Source of the DNA: Desulfomonilia bacterium
Lineage (GTDB): Bacteria > Desulfobacterota > Desulfomonilia > UBA1062
Length of the DNA stretch: 64,000 nucleotides
Assembly (NCBI GenBank): GCA_050014195.1
Contig: JBEKDT010000004.1
Coordinates: forward strand, 96,001-160,000
Reading direction: 5' to 3'
Position numbers and translations under genes: made by a program. Below are positions 63,138 through 64,000 of the stretch, one piece after another; the stretch's first letter is position 1; each line of letters starts with the position of its first letter. The notes below the pieces were generated by a model, which was not told the DNA's origin, searched no databases, and saw only the letters and a program-made list of their open reading frames with translations.

Positions 63138-63983
63138 TCAATCCTCCCTATAAGGCCCATGCTGATGATACAAACCGGGGTGGTAATGTTCAGGGGGTTT
63201 GCCGTGCTCATCGCGGGGCAGTATAGGATCCCGTAGTCGCTTGATAGAGATGGCCTTCTCGGGGCAGGCATAGAAACAGAGCCCGCAGCCGAAGCAGTTC
63301 CCCTCGGTCCTGCTCCTGCCGTCCACGCTCCTGCGGGCCGAGAAGGGGCATGCCTCGATGCATTTCCCGCAGGCCTTGCACCTTTCAGAATCGGTTACCG
63401 CCATGAAGTAGCCGTCTATGAGCGGATAATTCCGCTGCGAGAGCTCGCGGTTGATGATGTAGGGCACGCAGCCGCACGTGCAGCAGTTGCAGATGACGTA
63501 TTCGTTGTAGAGATTGATCGGGCAGTAGATAAAGACCATGTGGAACATGCCGAGCTCATGGGTCTGCTTCACAATGGCCTTGGCCTCTTCCCTGGAGATC
63601 CGGCGGTACTGGTGGGGAAAGGCCTTCATCCAGGCATCGTACCCGGTGCGCATGACGATATCGGTCTCAAGGGGGTGGGGGCACGACCTGTGGCCCATCC
63701 GGCAGCGGCACGGGCCCACCGCGATGGGTCCTGTCAGGCCGTCGATCATGGCGAGCACCTCGCCAAAAGGCATGGGCCTGGCAGTGTCTCCCAGGTAGCC
63801 GAAGGGCCGGGCAAGCAGGAACCCCGCCACGGCACGGAACCAGCCCATGCGGCCGATCCATTTGAACCTGCCCCTCAAGAGGTGGAAACAGATCTTCAGG
63901 AGAGGGACCTCGATAAAGGCGAAGATATAGAGCGTGAAACGCCTGAAGCGGCTCTGCTCCGCAGTGATGCCGTGGACGAGCAT
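63138..63983 (-). CDS. 4Fe-4S dicluster-binding protein
   Basis: GPCRCR, ICNCCTCGC, CKACGKCIEACP, CFGCGLCFYACP. Confidence 0.88.
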   Translation of the reverse strand: MLVHGITAEQSRFRRFTLYIFAFIEVPLLKICFHLLRGRFKWIGRMGWFRAVAGFLLARPFGYLGDTARPMPFGEVLAMIDGLTGPIAVGPCRCRMGHRSCPHPLETDIVMRTGYDAWMKAFPHQYRRISREEAKAIVKQTHELGMFHMVFIYCPINLYNEYVICNCCTCGCVPYIINRELSQRNYPLIDGYFMAVTDSERCKACGKCIEACPFSARRSVDGRSRTEGNCFGCGLCFYACPEKAISIKRLRDPILPRDEHGKPPEHYHPGLYHQHGPYRED

Positions 63984-64000
63984 GCAGGCCTATTCCACCT

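Overview
Bacterial chromosomal window; gene content and style suggest an anaerobic Desulfobacterota/deltaproteobacterium (inference). Positions 1-38.8 kb are mostly housekeeping: prc, galE, metF, a HD-GYP regulator, YgiQ radical SAM, pfkA, nnr, a 9-PAS hybrid kinase and recC-recB-recD, sprinkled with small palindromic repeats. Between the 5' end of recC (38802) and the 3' end of an enoyl-CoA hydratase gene (57352) lies an ~18.5 kb accessory island with no integrase or transposase. It holds three toxin-antitoxin pairs, a three-gene exported module (giant PKD/YVTN protein, small exported protein, Zn-phospholipase-C/P1-nuclease-like protein), an AT-rich class III nucleotidyl cyclase plus radical SAM/SPASM pair, and a DNA methyltransferase-HerA-NurA-radical SAM operon. 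The island is partitioned by diverged copies of the ends of its own flanking genes (two extra recC 5' ends, one extra hydratase 3' end), whose breakpoints abut short palindromic repeats. This suggests stacking of allelic cassettes from relatives, or an assembly chimera. No rRNA, tRNA or CRISPR array was seen. All family assignments come from motif recognition by eye; no database search was run.
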